64,000 bases of DNA, taken from the NCBI GenBank assembly GCA_977862235.1, contig OZ374557.1:806001-870000 (forward strand). Reading direction: 5' to 3'. Of the stretch, positions 1 through 12,306 are shown in pieces. The DNA is from Dudresnaya verticillata. Lineage: Eukaryota. The stretch's first letter is position 1. Each line of letters starts with the position of its first letter. The translations under genes were made by a program, and so were the position numbers. Under the pieces are notes generated by a model. It saw only the letters and a program-made list of their open reading frames with translations. It was not told the origin of the DNA and searched no databases.

Positions 1-3000
1 GTAGAATAAACTGGCGTATTGTACGCGTAGGTGATGGCATCTGAGAATAGATCCCATTCACGCGGATGGTACGCAACGTAGTGCAGTAGCGCGGCGCGCA
101 TTGTGCGGTTGAACCACTCAAACTGCCCATTGCATTGGGGGTGATAGGTTGTAGTAAAGAGGTTTTTGATCCCCAACGTTCCACATAACGACTGAAACAA
201 CTTTGCGGCAAATCGTCCGCCATTGTCCGATAGTAGATACAACGGAGGTCCGTAGACGTAGACCCATTGCGTAATGAACGCTTCGGCGACTTTCGCAGCC
301 GTGATCTTCTTCATCGGAACTGTCCGAACGAGTTTGGAGACACGGTCTGTGATGACCAAAAGGAACCGATTACCTCGTTTTGTGCGAATTAGTTCGCCAT
401 AGATATCAATGGAGACAAACTCCAGCGGAGCTTTTTCTGGAAACAGCTTCATGTGCTTTGTATTACGGCGTAGCATAACTAGATTGCGTGCACAGGTTGT
501 GCAGTTTCGTACGGTGGCGTAACAGTCCACAGCCATGGAAGGCCAGTAGAATGATCTACGGAGTGAGTAATATATCTTGCGACCACCGGGATGTCCGGAT
601 AGTTTCGGGAAGTGTGCCAAGTGTAGCACACGTGCGCGAAGAGTAAATGGTATTACAATTTGAGGAAGTGCCTCTCGTGTGCGGATGAGGACTCCTGTCT
701 CGTCCAGCGCGAAAGGTAACCCCTCCCCCCGTTAAGACGAGAACGCAGGGAGGTGCAGAGAGCATCGGCTAATTGCGTTTGAAGAAGCTCTTCCGTCGTG
801 ATTGGGCGCAAGAGCTCAGTTTGGGTTGACGGCGGATTCGCCAGAAGGAGTTGGTCGGAGACTTCGTCGTCCAATTCGAGGAATTCCTCCTTATATAAAA
901 CGGCGCAGGTTGAAGGAACGTCCGCCTCAACGTGGAGACACGGAATTTCGCCGTCGATATCGACTTGGGTTTCGCCAAGCGTTTGAAGACGCGAAAGGGC
1001 GTCCGCTTGGGTGTTGATGCGTCCCTTCTTGTAGCGGACGTCAAAGTCGAATTCCGACATACGTAAGCGCCAGCGCATAAGGCGCCCGGAGGGATCATTA
1101 ATCTCCATTAGCCAACGAAGAGAGGAGTGATCGGTGTGTATGGTAAACGTTTCCATTTGTAGGTAGGACCGTAAAGTGGTATCAGCCCACACCAATGCCA
1201 AACACTCCTTCTCAGAAACCGAGTAGTTCTTTTCGGCGGCCTGGAGAGAACGGGACCAGTACCCGAGGAGTTTCCTCGTACCGTCGGTGTGCGTTTGGAA
1301 TAAGGCGCAACCGACCTGGTAGTTCGACGCGTCGGTATCGACAGAATAGGGCAAGCCAGGTTTTGGCAGAGATAGTACCCGTGGTTCCGTGACAGCTTTG
1401 ATCAGCGTCTGGAACGCGGCCTCTTGTTTGTCGTCGAGCGACTCAATATTGTCCGGGTGATCCTTTTTCAGGAGCTGGTTCAGTGGTCCTGCCACATGAG
1501 AGTAATTGGGGACAAACCTCCTATATACGTTGCACAATCCGAGGAAAGACCTCAATTCAGTTTGTGTACGTGGGTATTTTGCTTTGCGGAGTGCCGCAGT
1601 GACCGTTGGGTCGACCCGCAGTTCGCCGGGCGGATGATATGGCCCAGGTAGTTGACGGTGTTTGTGAATAAGTCACATTTCTTCAGTTTGAGGGTAACCC
1701 CGGCTTGGTCCGATGCAGTCAGGATCTGCTCTACGTGTTTAAAGTGGGATTCCACGTCCTTGGAGTAGATGATAAAATCGTCCAAGTAAACGAGGCATGT
1801 CTGCCACTTGAAACCTGAGAGCAGGATATCCAGGGTCCGCTGGAAGGTAACGGGTGCATTGGTAAGGCCAAATGGTATTCTCTTGTAGCGGAAGGATCCC
1901 GCATGGCATGTAAACGTGGTTTTGTCACGATCGCAACCGTTGGTGGGGATTTTCAAATACCCCGAGTTGCAATCGAGTGTAGTAAAGACGTTTGCTTCGC
2001 CGAGTAAATCGATACATTCATCGATGCGAGGTAACGGGTATGTATCCCGGACGGTCGCGGCATTTAAACGTCGGTAATCGACACAGAATCGTAAGGTACC
2101 GTCCTTTTTAGGCACCAAAACAACTGGAGACGCCCAGGGAGATTGTGCCGGTTCTATGACGCCAGCTCGTAGCATGCGGTCAACTTCCGCTTGCTCCACT
2201 TGGCGTTGCTTCGGACCCGCCCGATAGGGTGGGCACGAGAACGGCCTCGTACCCGGAATCATATCGTGTAATGTTCCGTAGTGGTGAGTTCACCTAGTGA
2301 ACTATCCCACATTGTAGAAAACCTACCAAGTCATTGCCAAACACGCTCGGCGTGATTCGCTATCAGGTGGGATAAATCCACGTCATCCACCGAAGGTGGA
2401 GGTTCGTTTTCAGCTTCAAGGGTCTTCGCGTGAGCGTCACCTTTGTTTGTCGTATTCGATAGTCTGTCCAGTCGTTGGGACTTTGTTGCGGTGTCGTCCG
2501 CTAAGTCAGCCAACCCAAGCACGTCCGCCAGCCGGATGGGACTGGGCACCACGGCGGTGGGGTGCGGGAGGGCGGTCGCGACGACCTGGTTCTTCGGAAG
2601 AACTTGGTCATGCGACATGACGTTCGCGACTAGAATGCTGAACGGCCGCTTTGGTTCAACATGTGCTATTCCATTCGTTGCGATGATTCCCTGCCGGTGA
2701 TACGGCTTGTCGTAGGGCTGAAGGCAAATCAGCCCCGCGCGTTCTGTGGTTACTGAAACACACTTTTGCGCTTGGGCTGGGATTACGGTTCGTCCCGCTA
2801 CGCGTATTTTCGTTGAGGTATGACCTCGTAGTGGCTCATACTCCTGATCGTCAGGTAGTGGTGGAGCCGTGGGCGGTCGCTTCAATGGTCGCCGTGTAAT
2901 CGGCACGCGAGTCCCATCGTCGAGTTCGACTTCACGGCTCCTCGGATAGATGGCTTCTACGAAACGGTCGCAGAAGTCACATCCGAGAATGACGGGGGCA

Positions 3001-3504
3001 GCGAGTCTCTCGCAGACAATAAAGTCAAGTTTGACAATGCGGTCGCCGAGTCGAACGACCAAGGCGATGACGCCGGATGTTTGCAACGGCCTATTTTTTG
3101 GCGTCGCTGATGGTGGGGATGTCCCCTTCTCGAATGCGGGATTCCGCTTGAGGTGGTAGTTCAGATTTTCTGATAAAGTTGGGACCGGCACCGGTATCTA
3201 GCACAGTAAGTTTACGCGATAGGTAGCTTGGGTGTAAACCCGTATCTGCGTATACTTTAAAGTTGCGCTTTGCCACTATCAGCAATTCGCCTCGTATTTG
3301 CGGGGGGCGGTACCGGTGCCAGGGCCTCCGTAACCCTGCCGTTGGAGGTGCGGCAGAGGTCCTGCTAGCCCTTGCAGGGTTCTGCAGTATGATCTTTGGA
3401 GTTATGTCCTCCTGCTTGTCGGATCGTGACCCTTGAACTTCGGTTGGAGATGGTTCCAGCTGAAGTTCCCCAGTCAAAGGGGGTGTGACCCCGACTAGTT
3501 TTCC
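1..3504 (-). pseudogene. pol: pol of element A (protease, RT, RNase H, start of integrase), frameshifted
   Basis: Protease VLDTGAGPN (3091-3477); [13 protein letters not shown] and YLDD (1552-2262); RNase H VDTDAS...EKECLA...TDH (653-1555); integrase-type sequence below 650; split across frames. Confidence 0.93.
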
Positions 3505-5896
3505 GAATTGCGGATGTCCGCTCGTCCGTCGCGTCCGTTAGAAGGGGACTGGCCAACGGGCGCGAACACCTGAGGGTGGCGTTCGCTGGTGTGGGGTACC
3601 ACGTTGGCTGGTTGCCCCTGGGGTCGACCTTGAGGACTGACCTCATCATATTGTGCCTGTGCTTTCGCCTTCATATAGGACGTAGCCGGCACGCGCTCGC
3701 GGTCAACCGCACTAAGTGATTCATAATTGAGGATAATCCTCAGGTAGTCCTTCCATGCCAAGAAGCATTCAGGCGAAATATGCCCGGGTTTGGTAGGAAA
3801 TGTGGTAGATGATTGTCTGCTTGGGACCGATTTTCTCTGGGTATTTCCCCTATCTTGCCAGCCCGGCCGTGCGCGTGTCATACCAGGTGAATGCTCCTGG
3901 TATGGAATGCGTGGGGCCGGGACCTGGCGAGAGCGCATGAGAAACGCATTATCTTCGCTTCCGTAGGATCCTACTTGCGAGTCGGTAGGTGAGTCGGACG
4001 ACAGCAGGGCCGCGTCGGGATACAAGAGATGCACCTCGGCATCCTGCTCGCCCACCTGCCTACGTGGAACTCCACTTCCGTCCCGAAATTCAATAGAAGA
4101 CTCGGCCATCATAGCGGAATTTCCGCGTCCTGGACGACGTCCTCCTGAGGTTGCGGTACGGCCAGCGAGTTGGTCTTGTCCAGCGCCTGTTGCGCGACTT
4201 CTTCCACGGTGAGCTTCACCTTCATCTTGTGCATAATTCACTAGTCGTTCAAACGACAATTCATGACGAGGAGTTTCCTCTCGATACCGGATGACAAGCG
4301 AGCGGATGCTCGGATCGAGGCCGTCGATGAAGTACGTAATCTCCCCCCATTCCTTGCGGACATTGCCACACCGGTTACACGCTTTCGAGACTTGCATCCC
4401 AAAGCGTGTTTCCGATTCGCCCGCGTTCTGTCGAAGGGCGCGGAGCTCGAGGATTGCCTCACATAGTGCGTTCGGTGTCGCATAGGTCCGCAGAAGATAC
4501 TGCAACGCTTCCGGCCATGAGGATACTCCTCCATTAGAACGGGAAGGAGCGGCTTTCACGGAGCGGAACTGCGTAGCGGCGTTTCCGCGTAGGAATTACG
4601 GCAAGGCGATAAACGCCTGCGCTTCCGACATGTCGAGAGTGTCGGCTTCGTCGACTAGCCGGGACAGAAACTCCAAAAATAGCACGGGGGCTTCCCCATT
4701 AAAGGAACAATCCTTCATGGTTAACTCCAGTCTTTTGATCTGGTCCTTGATCTTGCCGGTCTGTCGGCTTGTACGGGATTGTTCCGTGTTTTGCAATCGA
4801 TAATGGCGATATGATAGCAATTGGTCATACAAGGGGTTTGTCGGTTTCAGCTCCTTAAGGTGCTTATACCGCGGCCCCTTGTGTCGTCTGCCACTGTCGC
4901 GACGGGGTTTCCCCAAGTTTCTTCATCGGAGTGGTCTGAATCCGAATTGTCGGAGGCCGACCGGGAGGAAGTTCCGTAGCCGTGGCCGTGGTGACGGCGA
5001 TTGCGGGTATTCCGCGTTGAGGTACGATGACGGTTTTGGCGTCGTGCCTCACAGCGGTCTTGACGGTAGTCGTCATCATGAGGGTGGTCCGTACACCCGT
5101 AAGGGCAACTGTCCTTGGGGGAAGTGTCCCCATGTCGATCGCGACTGTCGAATTCGACTTGTCTTCTGTTTGCGCCTCGGCCATCGGGAGGCAGGGGCGG
5201 TTCGCGCTCATTGAGGTATATACCCTCTAGTCGCTCCAAACGGTCGGCAATCCTCGTTGTGCCGTCATCGAGCGGGAGTTCCGCGGGTAAGCGTGGGGGA
5301 ATCGGACGGGGCCCCCTTCCGGGAGGAGCCCCGTATGTCTCGAGGAGGCGGTTGACGTCTCCTCAAAGAGTGCGGACCTCGACGGCGAGGTCCGCATGGT
5401 GCTGTTGAGGATTCTCCAGCGCGAGGTCGACCCGCGCGCCGACCTCGTCGATGCGTTGGTTGACCAAAGCCAGGCTGTCCGTTATCTGACGCGACAGCCA
5501 GGCGGCAAAAGCCTGGTCTTCCATGAGGCACACCTCTTGAATCGCACTTCGGGGAATAGTAGTCCCGTGTATGAAGGCAACGCAAGGTGCTTCCTCTTGG
5601 AGTGTGGGTGGCTCCACCGGCGGCGGAAGTGATGCCGAAATTGGCGGTGGTGGATTGGGCAGCGGCGGCGGAGGTGCCGGCTGCCCGCCTTGGTCTTGGT
5701 CAGTCGGGAGAGTCCCGGCTGGGTCAGGAGGTACAATCTCCACCGAGGGGGGAATGCGAGGAACCCCCTCATTGGGTATTTCCGAAAAAGCGGCTTGGAC
5801 CACAGGACTTGGCTGCGCACGTGCACGCGTCACCATATTGGCAGCGGTCTGCGTTGGTACAGACCTTGCCGATGACGGCTGTCGACGGGTGGGCAT
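3495..5896 (-). pseudogene. gag: gag of element A, disrupted
   Basis: ORFs 5363-5896, 4847-5239, 4596-4916 and 3495-4559 are similar to gag of element D (LLSYRHYRLQ, YLLRTYATP, LSFERLV); degenerate zinc knuckle GHISPEC. Confidence 0.85.
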
Positions 5897-5981
5897 GGCA
5901 GATCACTGCAGCGTAAAGGTATGAACTAGAAGAACGGTAGTTCTGTAACGTAGGCAATGTAGCCAATCGGAATTTCCGAAC

Positions 5982-5999
5982 TTCTAGGTAAGGAGACCA
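5982..5999 (-). promoter_or_regulatory. Primer-binding site of element A
   Basis: TGGTCTCCTTACCTAGAA 2 nt inside the LTR end; near-identical to the PBS of C, D and E. Confidence 0.85.
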
Positions 6000-6001
6000 A
6001 A

Positions 6002-6778
6002 TGTGGTGCAATCCACTCGGTAGAATCGAGGATGCACCTCAGGTAGTTCGGGGGCCTGGCGGTAGCAGGTGAGGTAGTAGCAGTAGAGCACGGGAATAGC
6101 CCCGTAGTGCGACTGAAAAACACTACAAGACCGAGAAAGGGGGTTACCCTAGAAAGAAAGAGAAAACAAAGGAAAATAAGAGAAAAACAGGATTCTGTAC
6201 GATGAAGAAGGGTAGCGTACGTACTGAAGTCCAGCCTAGCGACGGAGTCGATAGGGTAGGAGAGTATGTCTCGCTGGGCCCAAGCTTGGCCGTTTACTGT
6301 ATGAGGGCGCACCTCAGGGCCCTAGTATACTATCTAGGAGGCGGGTGCGCCTTGGTGGTGGATTAAGGTAGTGGAAGGGGGGCGCGCCACTTGGCATTAC
6401 GTGGCGCGCGCAAGTCTATAATTATCTACTAAAATATCAACTGTCAGCCTATTGGTAGTGTGGCTTGATAGTGTGCGCCAAGGAGGCGCACGTACGCACG
6501 TGTACGCGTTGTCGTCTTGCGGGGCCATCCTTGCTGGCAGCGGGCGTCGGGCACTGTCAGGCCGGGCGCCTTACAGGGACACTTCCCCAGTGTCATTGCT
6601 GGTGCACTCGCGCGGTGCCAGAGCCTATTACGAAAATTGACTCTGAGCTCAAGCGTACGCGCAGCGGGTGATCCGCGGGTATCGGCCGTGATGGCTCGTC
6701 GTCCGCAGTCGCGTGAGTCGCGGGCGACGTCCATCATGAAGAATTCTTCAGTAGGGCGCGAAGGCGATTTGCGCCACA
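6002..6778 (-). repeat. 5' LTR of element A (777 bp)
   Basis: TG...CA ends with terminal inverted repeat TGTGG(T/C)GCAA; PBS on one side, interrupted piggyBac frame on the other. Confidence 0.85.
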
Positions 6779-7843
6779 ATTACCTCAGATGGTCGTATGA
6801 ACGTCCTTCGATGCTCATTTATGGCATTCACAAAACCTGTCACGTCACTCCACCGGTCATCATCGGCACTACATTGAGGTATTGTATCCGTGTAAACCAG
6901 GTACTTTCGGAGCATCTCGAAGCGGTTACGCGACACGATAGGAGAGAAGTTCGGGGAGGGAATGTACTTGGTTGCCTGCTTGCTGCTCCAGAAAGACCTC
7001 TTGTCACTGAACTCAAAACGTGACATGCGTATTACCAGACCAAAATACTTGAGGATTTCACCTCCGCTTGTTCGTTGCAGGCCACACTGCTCCAGCCTGA
7101 GCCTCGTATTGTGCACCATTTGTCGAAAAGTGCGACGCAGGGAATATTCAATTGAAATAGTCAAATGGTGCCACGTCACAAGGTCCGTGACCGAACGTTA
7201 TGAGTTCATCCAATGGACCAATAGCTTTCCATGGAATGGAGGAATAAGACCCGTTCAACAGCATGTCAACCTCCTTCAACACCCAAGACTGGACATGTGC
7301 TTCAGAAACCGGGCCCGGCTGGCCCAGTACAGTATGAACAGTCGGTGGCGCACATCATTTTCAGGGCTCATACTGGTGCTCACATTGGGAGACGTGACAT
7401 TCGTCTCAAGGGCTGAGATTGACGGGGATGAGACTTCAGCGCCTGGTATCATGAGAATGGGTTGACCTTCTAGGGTAAACGGGGTTTCGTTACTCTCCAG
7501 AGCCTCTCCCGCTTTGATACTGCAAAGACGGAGTGTAACATCCTTCGGTTCATCGAGCAGTTTCCATCTTGCTGTCACGGATCTGATGTGTCGGCTGTTC
7601 ACAATGGATGTTGACGTCGCAAGCACTGTTCCTTGATCCGTTTTGTCTTCCATGCGGCTCCATACATTCTGCGGCACTTCCCATCGGATTTCAACAGCTT
7701 CGCGCGGGTATGGACAAGGTTTCCTTGAACTGTGCGAGGATCCGGCGTGTTACCCTTTTTGGGCGACTTAGTGGGCAGATAGGTAGCTTCTCTTTCCTCG
7801 AGACTAGACGACGAGTTTTTTGACTTTCATTCGAGTCTGCCAT
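6779..7843 (-). pseudogene. piggyBac-like (PGBD/DDE_Tnp_1_7-type) transposase N-terminal half
   Basis: EILKYFGLVIRMSRFEF...RSFW...SRNRFEMLRKYL...DRWSDV...PSEVI; cut by LTR A just before the expected first catalytic Asp (VDE motif). Confidence 0.8.
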
Positions 7844-8863
7844 GGTTCGGTATTCAAAGGGGAAGGCGAGGCGGGAAACATAAGTTTTCAAAATAGTTCC
7901 TTTACCGTAATACGGCTATTCTTAAACTGGCCTCATCTGAGGCCACTTATCGAATAGACACTAGGGGCCCTTCAATAATTCCATTGAGCTCCGAGAACCT
8001 CGCTTCCGGCTCTAGCGCCGTCTGTCGACAGACGCGCCAACACCCTCACAGAGAGACCACAGGATATGTATAAGTTATAGCCCTGGGCCAAGAATCGCGA
8101 TATTGGACCGAATATCAAATCGGTCCACGAGGCGGAGCCGAGTGGACCAATTTGAGACGAGGTCCAATGAGCCTTCGAAGGGCGGGGCTATAACTGGCTT
8201 GTCGAACGGGCGAAAAATAGATGCGAGCCGGGAGAACGTCCGCATTCAACTTGACCGATCGGTCCTGGCTACAGTAGCTCGAGACAGAATAAATCTTGCA
8301 CAGTGCTCGTGATACAGTATTACAGGTTGCATTCAGTGCTGATGTATCGGTCCCCCGCTAATTATGGATCAAAACAGCAAAAAGTGTCGCCAGAACGTCC
8401 CAAATAGGCCAAGCACTCTGCGCTTTGGCTGAGACGATGCCCTCCGCATGCCGCGGTGGCTCACGAAGAGTGAAGCTAATACCGTAAACACCCCCCAAGA
8501 TATGGGTGCTCAACTGCACAGGTCGATAACCCGTGATCTGCCCCAATTCGGGCATTTCCTGGATCACGGCGCATGTAATTTCTTTTGTTTTTGATTAAAA
8601 TGGAGGTAGCCCAGGGCTTCTCTGGGATTTCGCTGCCTGCGAAGGAACCTGCGGAAGTCCCTGGTTTCCTTCAATACGCGGCGAATCTCGGCTCGTTCTC
8701 GATCCAAAGCCGCGCACTCTTCACGCTCTCGTTCTTTCTCCCTGTTTCGAGCGTCGGCTTCAGCGGTTTTTGCGGTGGCAATGCGTTCACGCTGTAGCAG
8801 TATGGCACCGGCCAGGAACAGCAAAGAACAAGAAGAGACAGCGGTCCGATATCACACGCTAAT

Positions 8864-9390
8864 TGGTGGTAGCTCGAAGGAGGTTTGGTAGAGGCTTGGA
8901 AAAAGGCGGGCCCTGATGACCCGAAAGGGGGGGTGCGGAAGCACGGTAAAGACTCGGCGCGACCGACTGAGGGAAAATATAGAGGTTGCGACCCGGTATT
9001 TCGTAGAGTACGTATCGTACGATGTCCGGGCCTGTACTGGGCGACCCCTGCAGGCGCGGAGCGTCCGAACGACCAAAAAAGTGAAGGCTTTCCGAACAAC
9101 TCCGCTGAGTGTTTATTCTGAGGGCGCCGGCTATTCCGGCGCCCATAAGTAGGGCTCGACAGCCGAAAACTCTATCAGCCCAAAAGGGGGTCTAAGTTAG
9201 TCTATGATTATAGTTACAAAGATTAGTACAGTCAGTACAATGTAAATAGGGGAATGCGTTCCAGTTAGAGGACTTGGTGGCGGATGCGCCGGTGTCCAGG
9301 CTAGGGTCTCGGCTGCATTGTCGATACCCTGAGCGCAGAGGTGCTCCTCGTTCGTGAGTAGGAGCGCAGCGGCGCGTCAGAAATCAGCCA
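8864..9390 (-). repeat. Possible LTR remnant
   Basis: Shares short motifs (GGAAGCACGG, GTAGAGTACGTA...GTCCGGGCC) with LTRs A, D and F; termini and TSD not resolved. Confidence 0.3.
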
Positions 9391-9599
9391 ATACGAGGTG
9401 TCCAATTGGCGTCATTCCAATGCCACGTGTACGCCACGTGTACAGCTGTAAGGCCACGTGTATACACGTGTATCCCACGTGTCATCTTCGTGTACAGCGA
9501 TGAAAGGACAGCTGTCCTGATTGAGGGACAGTCTGTCCCGCGAAAAGAAGTGCGCTCCTGTAAGCCCTTCTGCTGACAGCTTCCATACTGCCACACAGG

Positions 9600-11114
9600 C
9601 TCACGTTTTCGGCTCTCTGTAAGCGCAGCTCTGGCAACACGCTGTGCTTCCTCGAATTCCCTTGCCTTTTGTCGCTCCGTGAGAGCATTTATGACGTCTT
9701 GCCCTGTCAATAAGCAACCGTTCTTCGTGTTGATAGTACCAGTTTCCATTACAGGTCCATCTGATTTCAGCAGGTTGACGTTCTCTTTAAAATGCTTATA
9801 CAAGGCAAGAAAGCTCTCAAAAGCTTCCTCACGTGACTCGTACGCTGTGCAATTTGTGAGGTCTGCTTGTTTTATGACGGAAGCTGACACGCCACCGTCT
9901 TCAGGGCACCAGACGCCGCACGCCCGGAACCCGTTAACAATGTTTGTGTACGTCACGGCATTTTTTGTACGCATTGAGGTGCATTTCACAAATAGTGTAG
10001 ACGTCATTTCTTAGGGCTGGTGCAGGAGCCAGAATTCGGTTATTGACACCATTACGCATGTAGGTCTTGAATGGCGAGAACACACTGTAGTCTAACACCT
10101 GCGTTCGGTGACTGGTATGGACCGGGAGACCAACGAAAATTATCCGATTGTCACGAAGCACATATAAAGCACCCAGAGTCATATGAGCACCATACCCGTC
10201 CAAAGTCAGAACCAAGTAACGATGCTTCTCCCTGAGCAGCTTGGTCTCTTCCGCTAACGAAATTGCCCACTCCACAAACAATGAAGAGTCCATTACAGCA
10301 GGGTCGCGGTATCCAACCAAACCGTTGGCAGGTAAAAACGACAATGGCGTCTCCACGGTATCATCACCTCTTTTACGCCACTTAGAGCGCTTCCCTGGCA
10401 GAATAACGATAGACTTCCAAGCTGTCCCATCAGCAGCAACCACAGGCATTATAGGTACATGCTCAGCATTTGCAGACCAATTGAGCTCAATTGAATTCCT
10501 TCTCCCGCACGTTTCGGTTACTGCCTTGGGGCGGGCCCGTGATGCTGTGCGAGTAGATATACCGCTTTCATCCAGGTTGAATACCTGCTCCGGGCGCGTT
10601 ATTTTGTACTCCTTGTACACCTGACAGAGTCTGGCAAAGTGTTTCGCGAGATTGTCAGGCGACATTGTGATTGCGTGGTAGTTTCCAAAGAAGCTCGGCG
10701 CTTCAATGATAGGCTTGGGTGACGACGTAGAAAGTTGCGGATGAACTCGTCGCCAGGGCGCTGATCCCTGAACGGAATCACAGCTTGTCGGTCTTGAGGA
10801 TGGCGACGTACGTAGAGACGAACAGGGTCTTTCAGTCCCTCCCTCGACAGAGGTGTCCCGTTGCGGGAAAACTCGGCCGCTGCGTCCCTAATTAGCGCTT
10901 CTTCTCCCTCGTTGAGGACAGGTCTGCGGCCAGGGGGCTTCGACTTGATGTTTCCGCTTTTGAGTATGCGATGCAAGGTGGCGTATGCCACCCCATGTGT
11001 CCCCGCAGTTTTCCGGATAGGGAACTTGGCCAAGCGAACATCATTAATTGCGCGCTCGACCGCTGCAATGTTCCTTGCTGCTCGGTGAGGAGCATCGCGG
11101 TGTTTCGGCGGCAT
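9600..11114 (-). pseudogene. pogo/Tc5 (CENP-B-like HTH + DDE_1) transposase, frameshifted
   Basis: HTH IRKTAGTHGVAYATLHR and GRRPVL..EE; catalytic motifs VFNLDESG, LTLDGYGAH, TQVLDYSVFSPFK in ORFs 10599-11309, 9934-10665 and 9384-10007; likely start MPPK at 11114. Confidence 0.9.
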
Positions 11115-11180
11115 ACGGGAGGGTTGAAGGCTACCGTTTGGAAAGGAAAGTAGGCCACGCAAGTTGGGACGGTGCTGTGG

Positions 11181-11608
11181 TGTGGTACAATGAAGCACCA
11201 GCGGCTGTAAGAACGTACACGTGTTTTGCGCCTGTAATGCGCGGGTAATATTGCGCGTGGCATGCACCTGTAAGGCGCTGCACGTACTGGTGCGCTGTAA
11301 GGCCCGCATGCATTGCTGGCCACTCTGTACGGCATTGCTGGGAACAGCACGACGCTAATGAGATGGCTAGCCGTGATTGGCTGATCTACCATGGCCTTAA
11401 GCGCAGGAGCGCGCCCGAGTCATAAGCACCTTACGTGCGCAGGGCGGAGTACGACCACTCACTACCTCATTGTAATTATTAACGCTAACTTCAATAGCTT
11501 AGAATAGGAATAGCGGCGAAGGCGCTTTCGGCCTTCGCCGTATTTATTGCGCCCCTGACTAGCAGGGGTCTGCTGAATAGAACCCTACGGTGGGTTTCGG
11601 GTCTGTAC
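11181..11608 (+). repeat. Truncated 5' LTR of element B
   Basis: Matches 19468-19895 up to GGGTCTGTAC, then jumps into gag. Confidence 0.9.
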
Positions 11609-12306
11609 CCTTACCTGGTCGGGCACTGCTCATTCGCCAGTCGAGGCGGTCGGGAGCATCTGACTCCGAATCCTCAAAGAGTAGCGACTCTGAGGACGAC
11701 AACGAAGATGCCGTCGTCGCGGCTATAGATGAAGAAGCGCCACCATCAACGGCAACCCAATCAGACAGCTGGTCCTCCGGGCAGTACTCCTATGGCCAGC
11801 CATATTATGGCGAAGTGGATGCGGTCATCCAAAACTACAACCATAGGCTCCCAGCCTGGGCTCAGCCAACAAGGACGCAGCGTCCTGGATGGCAGACGGT
11901 CGAGGACCAACCAAATGACATCTGCTTTGAGTGTTGTGGCGTCGGCCATAAAACACCAAATTGCCCTCACCTGGCGCGTACGGACGAACAGTCTTTTGAG
12001 ACTCTAAAAAGCAGGCAGTTCCAAGAGCTCTCGCATGAGCAGAAGGCATGGTTGGCAACTGTGGGGCGACTGCCCTACTTCTCAAATGGACCAGCCTCGA
12101 CCGGCCAAGCGATTGGGCCACCGACAGGCACGCGTCAAAATATGGGGACGGGCGCCGGCGGAAATAGGCAAGTTCAATTTCATCCGGGTCTGAATCACCC
12201 CATCGACGCGCCAAGGCAAGCGCCGCGGTCACCAAGACCAGGGTCACGACCCTTTCCGCCACCACCACCGTTACCACGGTCGCCCGCGCTCAAGGCGAAA
12301 AACTAG
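11609..12306 (+). pseudogene. gag: gag C-terminal fragment of element B
   Basis: CCHC zinc knuckle CFECCGVGHKTPNC; ends ...AKN* at a slippery site. Confidence 0.85.

Larger units (their letters stand above)
1..6778 (-). mobile_element. Ty3/Gypsy LTR retrotransposon A (3' part runs off the window start)
   Basis: Minus-strand order 5'LTR-PBS-gag-PR-RT-RNaseH-IN; inserted into a piggyBac-like transposase. Confidence 0.95.

Noticed and set aside
300..6000. GGR-N3-YCC palindromes in element A as a third element-specific motif
   Set aside because: About a dozen seen, close to chance expectation for such a degenerate pattern; needs a computed test, and A's 3' region is outside the window
11514..11545. 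Strong hairpin CGGCGAAGGC...GCCTTCGCCG followed by a T-rich tract as a bacterial terminator
   Set aside because: Lies within a eukaryotic LTR (copy near 19801); no bacterial context
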